Positions 25,380 through 37,375 of a DNA stretch of 64,000 nucleotides are shown here, piece after piece. Origin of the DNA: Eledone cirrhosa (taxonomy: Eukaryota); contig OZ024740.1 in assembly GCA_964016885.1 (NCBI GenBank), positions 255,874,001 through 255,938,000 of the forward strand, in the 5' to 3' direction. The position numbers and the translations under genes were made by a program. Position 1 is the stretch's first letter, and each line of letters starts with the position of its first letter. Under the pieces are notes generated by a model. It saw only the letters and a program-made list of their open reading frames with translations. It was not told where the DNA came from and made no database searches.

Positions 25380-25558
25380 GTTTCTACTTTAGGCACAAGG
25401 TCAGCAATTACCCAGTGCATTACTGGTACTTTATATTATCGACCCTGTAAGGATGAAAGGAAAAGTCAACCTCGGTGAGATTTGAACTCAGATCGTAAAG
25501 GGACGTAACTATGCTGGAAAGCACGGCGTCCGACCCTCTACTGATACTGCCAATCCAT
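25380..25558 (-). mobile_element. tRNA-derived SINE (octopus-type)
   Basis: B box GAGTTCAAATC on minus strand; body ..ctttcatcc..gggtcgata..aagtaccag..cttgtgcc..agtagaaac, shared with three other copies. Confidence 0.8.
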
Positions 25559-25635
25559 AATGGTTGCAGAACGAAAATACAGATAAATATAATAAGGTAT
25601 GTATCCCACACGCTTTTTCTGTCGTCGCTCGCATA

Positions 25636-25718
<83 letters not shown>

Positions 25719-26123
25719 CACACACACACACAAATACACATACTTTCACACCTGATTTCGCCAATTGCCGGATAACATCAATACAAAACACACAGACACA
25801 CATATGCACATACACACATACACAAACACACATACACACACACACAAACACACACGCACACATATATATACTTTATATGTATGTATGCATGTATGTAAGA
25901 TCATTCTCCATCTCTATAATTTAACTGCTTTACTCTCTCTGTCGCTCTTCACTCTCTATATGACACCACTGTTTTAGTTTCCGTATCTCCCTTCAATATA
26001 TAGAGATAGAGAGAGAGAGAGAGAGTCGGAAGGACAATGTGACACGGGAAAGTGTGTGGTATCTCTGCAGTGGAGTGGTGGGGGCAGGTATACCTAGCCG
26101 GACGCCAGCCAGACGGTTCAAGA

Positions 26124-26175
<52 letters not shown>

Positions 26176-26295
26176 GGCGTTGTTATTTGGCGTTGTTGAA
26201 AAGAGCAGTGGCCTTTGACCTGGCAATAAAAACTGGAGGCAAAATTCTTTCTGTACCAAAACCAAGGCACACACACACAAGTTTGTGTGTGTGTA

Positions 26296-26377
<82 letters not shown>

Positions 26378-26874
26378 CGTTTATGTATGTGTGTGTGTGT
26401 ATCTATCTATGTATATATATATAAGGGATTTCTCACTGTCACCAAGCTTCTCAATTCATTCGTTGCTACTAAGTATTTTATTTTGCTACGAGGTATTTTA
26501 TTTTGCAAGGCACTATTTCCCCCCCCGAGTTTGTGATTTCAGAGAAAGGTAAGAAATTCTTCATATTTTGCATCTTTTGTATTTTGACTTTACAGTTTGA
26601 ATTTTCGACTGAGATCATCTTTTTTTTTTTTTCAAAAATATATAATTTGAAATAGCTTGCTTTTGTTTTGGACTGAAACTTTTTTGTATTTAATTCGTAC
26701 GAGTATTTTTTAAAGATTCTAACACAACTTGATTTGGCCCAGTAATCTACTGATTTCAAAATCAGTAGTATATTGAAAAATGGAAAAATAGGGTAGGGGG
26801 GCGTTTCGAGATTTCGAGGGGCAAAAGGAGGCGTTTGGCCAAAATGAGAACCTTTGATGTAAACTATATAGTGA

Positions 26875-27000
26875 TTTCTACTATAGGCACAGAGCCATAC
26901 ATTTTGGTGGAGGGGAAACTCGATTACATCGACCCCACTGCATTACTGGTACTTTATTTTATTGACTCGTAAGGATGAAAGGCAAAGCTAACTTCGTGAT
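26875..27000 (-). mobile_element. tRNA-derived SINE 3' fragment
   Basis: tttctactataggcacagag..atcgaccccactgcattactggtactttattttattgac..aggatgaaaggcaaag. Confidence 0.75.
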
Positions 27001-27826
27001 TAAATGAAGTTTAGTCCTTTGATTACGCTCCTGGCCATTATTAGAGTGAAAGTAAGGAGTTTATATTGTTTAATGTTACAATATATGTCACATATATCAT
27101 TGCTTTGCGCAATTGACACGGAAATTATATACCCATGGCTATAAGATTTGTTTAACTAACTATGGGGTGGCTTTATAAGTGAATAAGTATATGTTCATAT
27201 TATTGAAGTAGATTCAAAAGCATTCATCTAAGTGGGTTTATGCGTAGATGGATGGCTTCTTCAGAACAATTAACTGTGTGTACGGTTGATAGAGTGAAGG
27301 GGTGGTAAAAAATGTTGTTTTTTAAATGGGCGGTGCAAAAACATAAAGACAACATGATTATATATGGAAGTTATTAAAGATTCTGTTGGGTGTGGATTTA
27401 CAACTATGTGATTTAAATAGGGGGAGTTTATTGAGTTTGAATGGTTGGAGATATTGCACACGAATAGGTGGTGCTAAAGACACCATTATCATATATGGGA
27501 ATTGCTTGAGCTTCTATTGTTTTGGAGCTGAAAAAGAAAACTATATTTCGACTGGTGGAATTTTGGAAAGAAATATGTATGGGTGGTCGTGTGACATTAG
27601 CATGTGGGATTCATCTTTGCAAAAGATCCCATTGTAAAGGATTGGCAATATAGAGAAGCTTTTACAGAGCTTATGCTGCTATATTAGTTAGCCGTTGCTT
27701 GAAGTGAGCAGAACTATACACATTTATTTAAGAAAGGGTGGAGCGAAGGAGACGAAGAAAGAGAGGTGGATGTAGAGCGAGAATAGATGGAGAAGGAGGG
27801 AGAGGGTGAGAGAGAGAGAGGGTGTG

Positions 27827-27889
<63 letters not shown>

Positions 27890-27895
27890 CAGCGA

Positions 27896-29520
27896 GAGAA
27901 ATTTAAATTTCGGCGTATTTAAATCAAAGAGGAATTTACTAAACAATATCTCCCACCGTATATCACGTTTGTCTACAAATGAGCAGAGCTTCAATGAACA
28001 CGCAACACACTACAACCAGGCCCTCAAGAGAAGCGGCATCAAGGACGAACTTCCTTATTATCCAGGCCTAACTAGCGGATCCAGCAGGCGACGCGACCGC
28101 TCACGCAACGTAACGTGGTTTAATCCTTCCCACAATGCTGAGATCGTAACACCAATTGGGAAGATATTCCTCGAACTTCTTGACAAACACTTCCCACCTC
28201 AACACTGCTACCACCATATCATCAACAGAAACACTGTTTACCTTTCGTACAGCACTACACCCAACTTTGCACAAAATATCGCTTCTTCTAACAACGCAAA
28301 ATCGTCTCTAACGGAAATAACAACGATATTAGTGGTGAACAAACTAGGAGGTGCAAACTGTCTGGATAGATAATCGTGGCTCCTCAACAATAGATGCCGA
28401 GAACGAAACGTGGTCTGCCAGTGCAACGCGAGGATGAAACATTCCAACAAGTCCTACATCGGATTAACCGCCTGCGAGTTCAAGACACGATACTACCAAC
28501 ACCAACATTAATTTAGAAACCCGACCCGAACACACCACAGCACTTTCTGGCCATATTTGGGACTTCCAAGACAACAATATTACCTATCATCTAAAATGGA
28601 GCCTACTTTCAAAGGCAAAATCTTACTCGGGAGGACGCCGTCCATGCAACTTATGCTCCGAGGAAACGATCGAGATGCTATTTGCCAGGGATCAGTTATT
28701 AAACAAAAAGGATGACCTTGTTACCTCATGTAAACACAGAATGTATAGGACATATCTTACCTTCAAACCCCCTCACGATCCAGATGGGTAGATCTTGGTT
28801 TTAATATTATTCCCAATTACACACTAAGATAGAGGAAGCCCAGAGCACACTTATCTCTTTCCTAAAACATCCTTAGGTGGAAATAGAATATATTCAATAT
28901 TGTAAAACATACATATTTCCCTTTAAAACCAGATTAGATAGCCACAATACATGCACAGACCCATTACTCACAGCTTAAGCACGAGGCACAAGTTTAAATG
29001 CTGCCATTACTGTTCTGCAGGAATGGCTCGCCTGGTATATAGAGTAAATGTGTACTATTATACACACATACATTAGGCTCATACGTAAGCACCATCACAA
29101 AAATTATAGCGTTGACAATGTTAAAGAAAGCTATTCGTTAGCATTCAATTCTATTATTTCATTTTGCTAAGGTATTGCAATTGCTATACCTGTTATAAAT
29201 ACACTTCGAAGCATTTCTTATATAAAACAGGAATCCATAATACTATAGATTCTTAGTTAACTTACGATAGCACGAGAACCGAAATAACTAGAACTATTTT
29301 TAAGATTAATGGTAGATTTATTAAAGTTTGAAATAAGTAAATTAGTGAACACGGCGCTCTTCCTGAGCGATGGAGCAATTGATAAATAGAAAGGGAGATA
29401 GTAATAAATTATAAATGCTTAGATTTTTAGCAAATTGTAAATAATAAGCAATTTAACAAACACATAAATACACTACGCTATTCCCTTTGATTTAAATACC
29501 CCAAAATTAAAATTTCTTTC
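27896..29520 (+). mobile_element. 5'-truncated Penelope-like element with about 40-bp inverted terminal arm
   Basis: ISHRISRLS..YNQALKRSG..VTWFNP..INRNTV.LSYS; downstream YIGLT..FKTRY and CNLC; 27896-27935 is the reverse complement of 29480-29520. Confidence 0.82.
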
Positions 29521-30661
29521 GTTGTTTTTTTCTTTTTGAACATAATGGAGTTAATTACAATGCCATTTTTACAGATTAGAAATATTTGATAAGGTAGAAT
29601 TCTCTCTTAATTGTGTGTATGCTCTACCATCAAGCTTAACATCTTCAGGTCAATAGGTCTCGTCACCCAATTCCTCCTATTTTTCATTGTCTAACCCTTT
29701 TCCATGCCACCATGAGTGTAATAAAACTAGATAATTAAAGACTTTTATCGGGATATAGCAGGACAAAACCAGCCATTTGAACAAAGGTAGCCCCCCCCCC
29801 CCCACCAATCACTGACCATTCCCGGAGAGAAACAAAAAGTAAAAAAAAACAAGAAAAATTTAAAGATTTTTTTGCATAGACTGTCTGCCCATATATGGAC
29901 TATACATACACCTTGAGGAGTTCAGCTAGATTCCCACCGCTTAGTGGCGCTTTAGTTTGGATCTAGCTGCCCGAGCTCAGTCGTCGGGGTACTGAAACTT
30001 TTCATATATATAGAGAGAGAGAGGTAGAACACTGGAAGGTAATATCCGTAGTGGTAGAACACTCAGTCCGTGGGACGAGTTTGGTAGAAGTAGTAACACA
30101 ACAGTTAGTTCACCATACGTAGTTTTACTTTGTGACCGTTAAAGATGGAGCGGTATTTGTGACCTATGGGAAAGTGTCTATCTAAGAGGGCTAACATTTT
30201 TTCCTACATTAGTTTTAACATTGAGTGAGAAGGGAGGACAGAACCATTCGCGAGCCACGTATGGTCCCTCAAAAATTCAGGTATAGACTACTCCATTCAA
30301 TGGAAAGCTATCACTAAGTCCAAGCCATACGCAAGGGGTAATCCGTCTTGAGGACTGTGTATTGAAGAAAGGATAAATATTCTAAGGAGATTACGCAATA
30401 GCGATTGCCTAAACTCAAGAATTGAAATCTTCTCACGTTGTCCACATGTCTGGAAACACGTCTTGCATAACTACAAAGCTCCGGATTGAATAACAACAAC
30501 GTTCTAATTTTCTAATCAACTTGAACATTTTATTCCGGACATTCGCAGTTATGTCCCTTACACCTTTCGCCCGTGGTTTTGTATCGCCTGGGTGAAGTGA
30601 CCGTTTCTGCGCATGCGCGTTCATACGGTTGTTCTTCCTGTTCCGTATAACCAATACCAGT

Positions 30662-30702
30662 CCGAGATGAAGATCCGCATAAGGTGAAGCAATTGTTCTC
30701 GG
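30662..30702 (+). ncRNA. Degenerate hammerhead motif
   Basis: CCGAG-ATGAAGA-..-GAAG-CAATTG-TT-CTCGG; 5-bp stem I and palindromic stem III but two core substitutions. Confidence 0.45.
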
Positions 30703-30715
30703 TGTTATGTTACTA

Positions 30716-30793
<78 letters not shown>

Positions 30794-30894
30794 TATTGAA
30801 ATTTCCGTTGGAAACAGAAAAGGTCATAGAAATGAAGAGTGCTCTATGTAAGTATCAGAGCAAAATTTAATATATAAAAATCAATACAATATAA

Positions 30895-30970
30895 TTACCT
30901 CATTACCAGAGGTTTCCCGAATGAGGCGAATACGAAATAAACGACTTCATTCGTTCGTCAGACGAGGCAA
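30895..30970 (-). ncRNA. Hammerhead ribozyme with long stem I
   Basis: TTGCCTCGT-CTGACGA-aCGAATGA...TCATTCGg-GAAA-CC(TCT)GG-TA-ATGAGGTAA; first pair of stem II mismatched. Confidence 0.75.
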
Positions 30971-31704
30971 TATAAAACATGGGTAAATACTTAGAAAAAC
31001 TCATCAAGAAAATCAAAAAAAGATATAGACAAATGAAATAGAAATTGAAATATATAAAAATCTATCAAGAAATATAGTTAGGTGTGTATATATGTATGTA
31101 TATACACTCACAGATGTGCATATATGTATATGCACACATGTATACGTATAGTGAGAAAGTGTGCGTAATTCTAAAATTTAGGGCAAATGTATCTATGTCT
31201 GTAATCTACTGACAGAATAGTTACATCATAAATATATGAATATGAAGGCGCGCGCATAAAACGCCTGCACACTCGTACACTTAGATGCGGAAAGAAAGGA
31301 GGTAAGGGAGTGTAATAATTAAAAGAAAAGTATCAGTCTCGATATATTTATAAAAATATAATAACGATAAATTAGAAAGAAAAAATATTTTTAGAAAGAA
31401 AAAATTAAAGAAAAGAAGACAAAAAAAGGGTACATACATACACAGACACGCATGTCTTACAAAAGAAATGTAAAAATATATATGCTTATATACACACGCG
31501 CACTTACACATCCATACGTTCGATACGTACATACACACACACACATACTTATACTCACGCACATAAACCTGTTTGCATGCACAGCATAAAACTGAGTAAG
31601 TAAAAAAAGGAAAGGGGGGGGGGGAGAAGAAAAAAGGAACAAAACATAAAACCGAGATATCAAAAACACGGATATAAAGACACGTACACATACGCATAAT
31701 ATAT

Positions 31705-31805
<101 letters not shown>

Positions 31806-31957
31806 TACATACACGCACGCGCGCGCACATACGTAGTCACTCATGTACATATATAAAAGTATACACACATTAAGGCGTTCAGCCTTATTGATACAGGGTG
31901 TAAACAACTTGTGGATAAATAAGTACAAATATAAAATTGTAAGATAGGCTGCCCAAA

Positions 31958-31988
<31 letters not shown>

Positions 31989-32167
31989 TAAAAATGAAAA
32001 TGAAAAATATATCTGGATTGAAAAACACAAAAGACATGTGTAATCAGTTAGTGGAGGAAAAAGGGAAGTAAAAGAAGGGATATATATATAACAAAGGAGG
32101 TGTGGTAAGGAACTAGATAGACCATAACGCACCAGAGTACTCAATACTTAAGTTAGTAGAGTTGGTA

Positions 32168-32290
32168 ATAGGAACATGTTTAACCCCGACGGCAGAGGTC
32201 AAGCTGTTTCGACGGCTATTTCTGGACTCAGTCGAGAAATAGCCGTCGAAACTGCTTGAGCTCTGCCGTCGGGGTTAAACATTTTCCTAT
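32168..32290. repeat. Near-perfect hairpin of about 55 bp
   Basis: ataggaa.atgtttaaccccgacggcagag..gtttcgacggctatttct / agaaatagccgtcgaaac..ctctgccgtcggggttaaacat.ttcctat. Confidence 0.9.
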
Positions 32291-32417
32291 ATATATATAT
32301 ATATAAGCAGAAAGGATATTCAATTTGTTGGTAATTCAAAAAATATAAATGTTTATAACTGATTCAGAGCACTCGACAGATATCTGGAGTTTAATATACA
32401 ATGATATTAAATAAATG

Positions 32418-32718
32418 GAAACAATTATATATATTTCAAGGGTACAAAAACTTTGGTACGCTTTCATCAGATAAAATACGAAGTGTGTTTTATAAATTTT
32501 GACATAACCCAGGAAATACCTTGAAGGTTCATGTTTACCTTGGATAGTTTTCCAAGGAAAACTTGAGCCGTTAAAGGTATGTCAAAATTTGGTATGACTT
32601 GGTTATGTCAAAATTTGGTATAACTTGGTTATGTCAAAATTTATAAAACACTCTACGTATTTTATCTGATAAAAACGTACCAAAGTTTCGGTACCCTTGA
32701 AATATATATAATTGTTTC
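32418..32718. repeat. Inverted repeat (about 90-bp arms), each arm with a hammerhead-like motif (32424-32472 minus; 32664-32712 plus, G8A)
   Basis: Minus strand AT-CTGATGA-AAGcGTAC..GTACcCTT-GAAA-TATATA-TA-AT; internal 26-bp tandem ggttatgtcaaaatttggtat.actt. Confidence 0.8.
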
Positions 32719-32826
32719 TACTATTGGCACAAGCCACTAATTACCTAGTGCATTACTGGTACTTTATTTTATCGACCCCGTAATGATGAAAGGCAAAGTT
32801 AACGTCGGCGGGATTTGAAGTCAGAA
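32714..32826 (-). mobile_element. tRNA-derived SINE fragment
   Basis: Similar to 25380-25495. Confidence 0.75.
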
Positions 32827-32900
32827 TGGCTTATGAAATATATATAATAGAATAAACATGGTTTTATAAATATAGCTTCCATTTATTTAATATCATTGAG

Positions 32901-33002
<102 letters not shown>

Positions 33003-33196
33003 TAGAGAGAGATAGATAGAGAGAGAGAGAGATTCAGCGAGAATCGCATTTCGGCGGGTAGGAAAGGCGAAACGAAACGCAAAAATCAGAAATGACACTG
33101 GCAAAGTGCTCAATAGTTAAAAACCAGAGTTAAACAATATGTTAAGAAGCCATACAAAACTGAAAAAAGTGGTCAAGAAAGCATCAACCATATACA

Positions 33197-33262
<66 letters not shown>

Positions 33263-33409
33263 TAAATAACAGATTAAAGTTTAAGCAAAGAATCGCTGCT
33301 TTCACCCTTAACGGGATCTTCTGAAACTAACAAAGTCAATCTGTAAACGCAGAACTGGATATTTCAAAAAACGTTGCAACCGGAGGAAGACAGGAAGACG
33401 ATACTTTGG

Positions 33410-33617
33410 TTCGTGGAAACGTTCGCTGGCAAAGAACGGGAAAAAACGAATATAATACGTCATTAATAGGAGCGGTGAAAAACAATTACGCGCAAAGGCA
33501 GAATACCATAAACGTGGTTCTGCCTTTGCGCGTGCGCGTAATTGTTTTTCACCGCCCCTATTAATGACGTATTATATTCGTTTTTTCCCGTTCTTTGCCA
33601 GCGAACGTTTCCACGAA
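33410..33617. repeat. Near-perfect hairpin with about 95-bp arms
   Basis: ttcgtggaaacgttcgctggcaaag...cgcgcaaaggcagaa / ttctgcctttgcgcg...ctttgccagcgaacgtttccacgaa. Confidence 0.92.
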
Positions 33618-33682
33618 ACGTTGGTAACTGGAATCTCTCCGCATCTCAATGTCTTCTGATTGGCTACCGATTTATAAATTTA

Positions 33683-33720
<38 letters not shown>

Positions 33721-33755
33721 ATGATAGTGAGTAAAATCGATATATATATATATAT

Positions 33756-35141
33756 ATTGTTATACTTGGGGAGGGTCATATTTGTGTAATATTGCCAGAA
33801 TTAATAACAGAACACACTCACTGTTTGGTTGGTTTTCGCTTCTCGCTGTCTTTTATATCTGCGATCTAACTTAATCGGTCCTCAATGTTGCCATTGACTG
33901 ACCGACGGTCAAAAATAATACAGATACAATATAGACATAAGATAGGGAAGGCCACATCATGGTACGACAACCAGAGATATCAGAGTGTCATGTTTGTGGA
34001 CGCCACCCCTGGAGGGAAATTAGCTAACCAGTGTAGAAAGGCCCTGAGAAAGACCCACTTAAAAATAAAGGTGGTAGAAAAGCCAGGAACCACCATAAAA
34101 TCCCTGATCAGCAAAACCTACCCTTTTAAGAAAACCCACTGTACCAATAGGAAATGTATCATATGTAAGGTGAACCCCCGGATAAACTGTAAAACTAGAA
34201 ACGTAGTCTATAGCATAAGATGTACAGAGGGTACTTGCAGAAACATGACAACAACATACATAGGTGAGACAGCTCGTAGCATAGGTGAAAGGATAGACCA
34301 ACACTGGGGGGAACTAAAAGGACGAAAAAACGGGTCAGTACTATACGAACATGCTAGACAACAATATGACGGTAACATAGACAACATAGAAATTAGAATA
34401 ATATCTAAACATAGGAATGACCCAGCAGATAGGCAAATCAGACAGGCCAGTGAAATAGAAATTAGAAGACCAAAGCTAAACAGAAAGAATGAGTGGAACA
34501 ACAACCACACCCAAACAAACAACACTGACCTAAGAGAAGTATAAATAAGTAAATAAATAAAATAAAATAAAATAAGATAAATAAATATATACACAAGCAC
34601 AATAACAACAAGCACATAAACACACACTAGTCACCCAGCAGACACGACACCATACACACTAGTCACACAGCACACACAACACTGTACACACACGCAAACG
34701 CATGCGCAAAGAAGACAAAACAAAATAAAATAAAATAAACAAACAAGCAAATAAATAAATAAATAAATATATAGACAGACTGAATAAAAAATGGCGTAGA
34801 CATACAACACAACAGGAGGAAAAAAATATAACACCACTGACGATGTTGCAGATGTGCAACGAAAGATTTATGTAAATTATGTAAACTATATATATGTGTT
34901 TGTGTCTATATTGTATCTGTATTATTTTTGACCGTCGGTCAGTCAATGGCAACATTGAGGACCGATTAAGTTAGATCGCAGATATAAAAGACAGCGAGAA
35001 GCGAAAACCAACCAAACAGTGAGTGTGTTCTGTTATTAATTCTGGCAATATTACACAAATATGACCCTCCCCAAGTATAACAATATTTGTTTCGACACAC
35101 GATTTCATATAAAAAACCTCGCTAAACTAATTCATCGCCGC
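33756..35141 (+). mobile_element. 5'-truncated Penelope-like element with inverted pLTR arm (33756-33937 versus 34903-35084) and 3' tail
   Basis: SVMFVDATPGG, C..C..C, NVVYSIRC..YIGETARS..R...H, P.LNRK.EW; about 180-bp inverted repeat; (TA)n on both sides. Confidence 0.92.
34835..34872 (+). ncRNA. Hammerhead ribozyme in Penelope-like 3' UTR
   Basis: CA-CTGACGA-T-GTTGCA(GATG)TGCAAC-GAAA-GATT-TA-TG. Confidence 0.75.
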
Positions 35142-35145
35142 TATA

Positions 35146-35234
<89 letters not shown>

Positions 35235-35332
35235 TTACTCTTTTACATGTCCCATACCTGAGGCCATCCTGGGACACCGCCCTCGGGTGAGGTATATATA
35301 TAGACATACATACATATATATATAAAAGGCAC

Positions 35333-35422
35333 AACATAAATATTCCATTACCTAAGGTTTACTGAAACTAGACGATGTTGACAGAAACGTCAAGTACGCT
35401 CATCAGATGAAATATTTATGTT
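35333..35422 (-). ncRNA. Degenerate hammerhead with 16-bp stem I
   Basis: AACATAAATATTTCAT-CTGATGA-...-TAAA-CCTTAGG-TA-ATGGAATATTTATGTT; G12 missing. Confidence 0.6.
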
Positions 35423-35639
35423 ATGGATTTGAAATTAAAATCTATAAAAAATGAAAGTAAGTCTGAGTTAAAATAACGGAAAAATACATATACACACAGA
35501 ATCAGATATACATACATGCACATATACATTCCCCGCCCAAATAAAAAAAAAAATGAAACGCACGCCCATATTATATGGGCACATATATACAATACATACA
35601 TATAATCACACAAAAAATAATATACACACATACACAAAT

Positions 35640-35707
<68 letters not shown>

Positions 35708-36006
35708 TTACACAAGAAATAATCGTATAAGTATAAAAATACATGTATACACATAAAAAGACCGTACTTACAAAAAATATATATAAATTCTCACGTACAT
35801 ATAAAGACAAATATATATAAATACACACAACTTCATGCATGGAAAAATATAAATATATTAGCACTCAAAAATATTCATACGTATCTCTGAATATGTTAAT
35901 TATATTTGCAGAGAGGAGTTCTTGGTGCTATAATTAAGATTGGGTAAGAGTCGTGTGTAAAAGTTATAATTAAGTGTAATTATATATAATATATATATAT
36001 ATAAAG

Positions 36007-36082
<76 letters not shown>

Positions 36083-36411
36083 TTTGCAACGGGTCACTTT
36101 GTGGCTCAATGAAGAGTTAATAAATTAAATAATCAGAGCCATATATCATAAAACATGTCTATAGAATCACCAGATAAAATATATACCATTAGCATAATTA
36201 ACAATATAAAACATTGATTAGACCAAACTATAAGAATAAAGGGTTCTATGAAGAAATCTCCGACAAATAACCGAAAGCAGCCCTTCGCGTCAGTTGCGAC
36301 GGAATATTTATCGAGTATTTTGACAGCGTGTATGAATCGCCCAGATATACAGTCAATTAAACAGAATTAGGTGTAAAATAAACTAGGAGAAAAGTGAACA
36401 TATTTAGTTAC

Positions 36412-36485
36412 CTCTACCATGGTTTCGTCGGCATTTTAAGATATCCGATAGCATTGGACACCTAGAGCACCGGACTCTTCAGGAA
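36412..36485 (-). ncRNA. Hammerhead ribozyme
   Basis: TTC-CTGAAGA-GTCcGGT..GGTGTCC..GGATATC..GCCGAC-GAAA-CCATGG-TA-GAG. Confidence 0.78.
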
Positions 36486-36718
36486 CTTAGCTCAAATTTA
36501 GACAATAAGTTTTCTAAAATGATCGCGCCAAGAATACATTAAAAAATGGCTAAGAATCGTGACGTAGCAGCGGTTAGGTTAGAAAGGACGTGAATAGTTG
36601 CTTACGGCTGGTGGATTTTTGCTAGAAAGCGCAGCACAATACAGCCAAAATTTGATCTCAACCTTACGGGAGATTATTACATATAAAGGTTTACTAGCAT
36701 AATTAACCATTTTATGAT

Positions 36719-36749
<31 letters not shown>

Positions 36750-36752
<3 letters not shown>

Positions 36753-37338
36753 TGGTAAACGGAATAGAAAATGCTGACAAATTGTTCACAGTTGAAAAAT
36801 GGTTTAATTAGGAATAAAAGAGTATTAGTAATTGTATGGGTTAGTATTCAGTTGTGGTTTTAAGTTTTTAAGTTTTTACCGGTTGCGCATTTCTAAATGC
36901 TTTTCAAAAATAATTTTGAGATAGAGTGTCCGTGTTGTTTGCTCTGATCTGATTAGTTTTAGGAATTCTACCTGTTTTTATGTTAAAAAAGTGGCTCCAG
37001 CGCTACTTTGGTGTTGCAAAAATTCTTGTGGTCAAAACAATTTTGATTGGTCGGTAGAGGTTATGTGAATGTAAAAAATTGATTTTGCGCCAAGACTGTT
37101 TTTATGTTAAAAAAGTGGCTCCAGCGCTACTTGGTGTTTGCAAAAATTCTTGTGGTCAAAACAATTTTGATTGGTCGGTAGAGGTCATGTGAATAAAAAA
37201 TTGGTTTTGCGCCAAGATTGTGAAATGACTCTTTCACAACAAATATGTGTGTGTGTGTGTGTGTGTGTGTATTAGTAGTAAGGTGTTCGATGTTGTGATA
37301 ATGGTTAGCAGGGATGTGTGTCAAATGGCTATTAAGAT

Positions 37339-37375
<37 letters not shown>

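Larger units (their letters stand above)
16317..26856. mobile_element. hAT (Charlie/Buster-like) non-autonomous shell expanded by nested insertions
   Basis: TIR CAAAGGTTCTCA (16317) / TGAGAACCTTTG (ends 26856); identical 8-bp TSD ATGTAAAC at 16309-16316 and 26857-26864; GGCGTTT subterminal repeats at both ends. Confidence 0.85.

Noticed and set aside
25470-25558. tRNA gene
   Set aside because: Only a B-box-bearing SINE head; no complete cloverleaf
24455-26125. Possible Helitron (tataaagctgag start, GC hairpin near 26095)
   Set aside because: No clear TC start or CTRR end and no Rep/helicase trace
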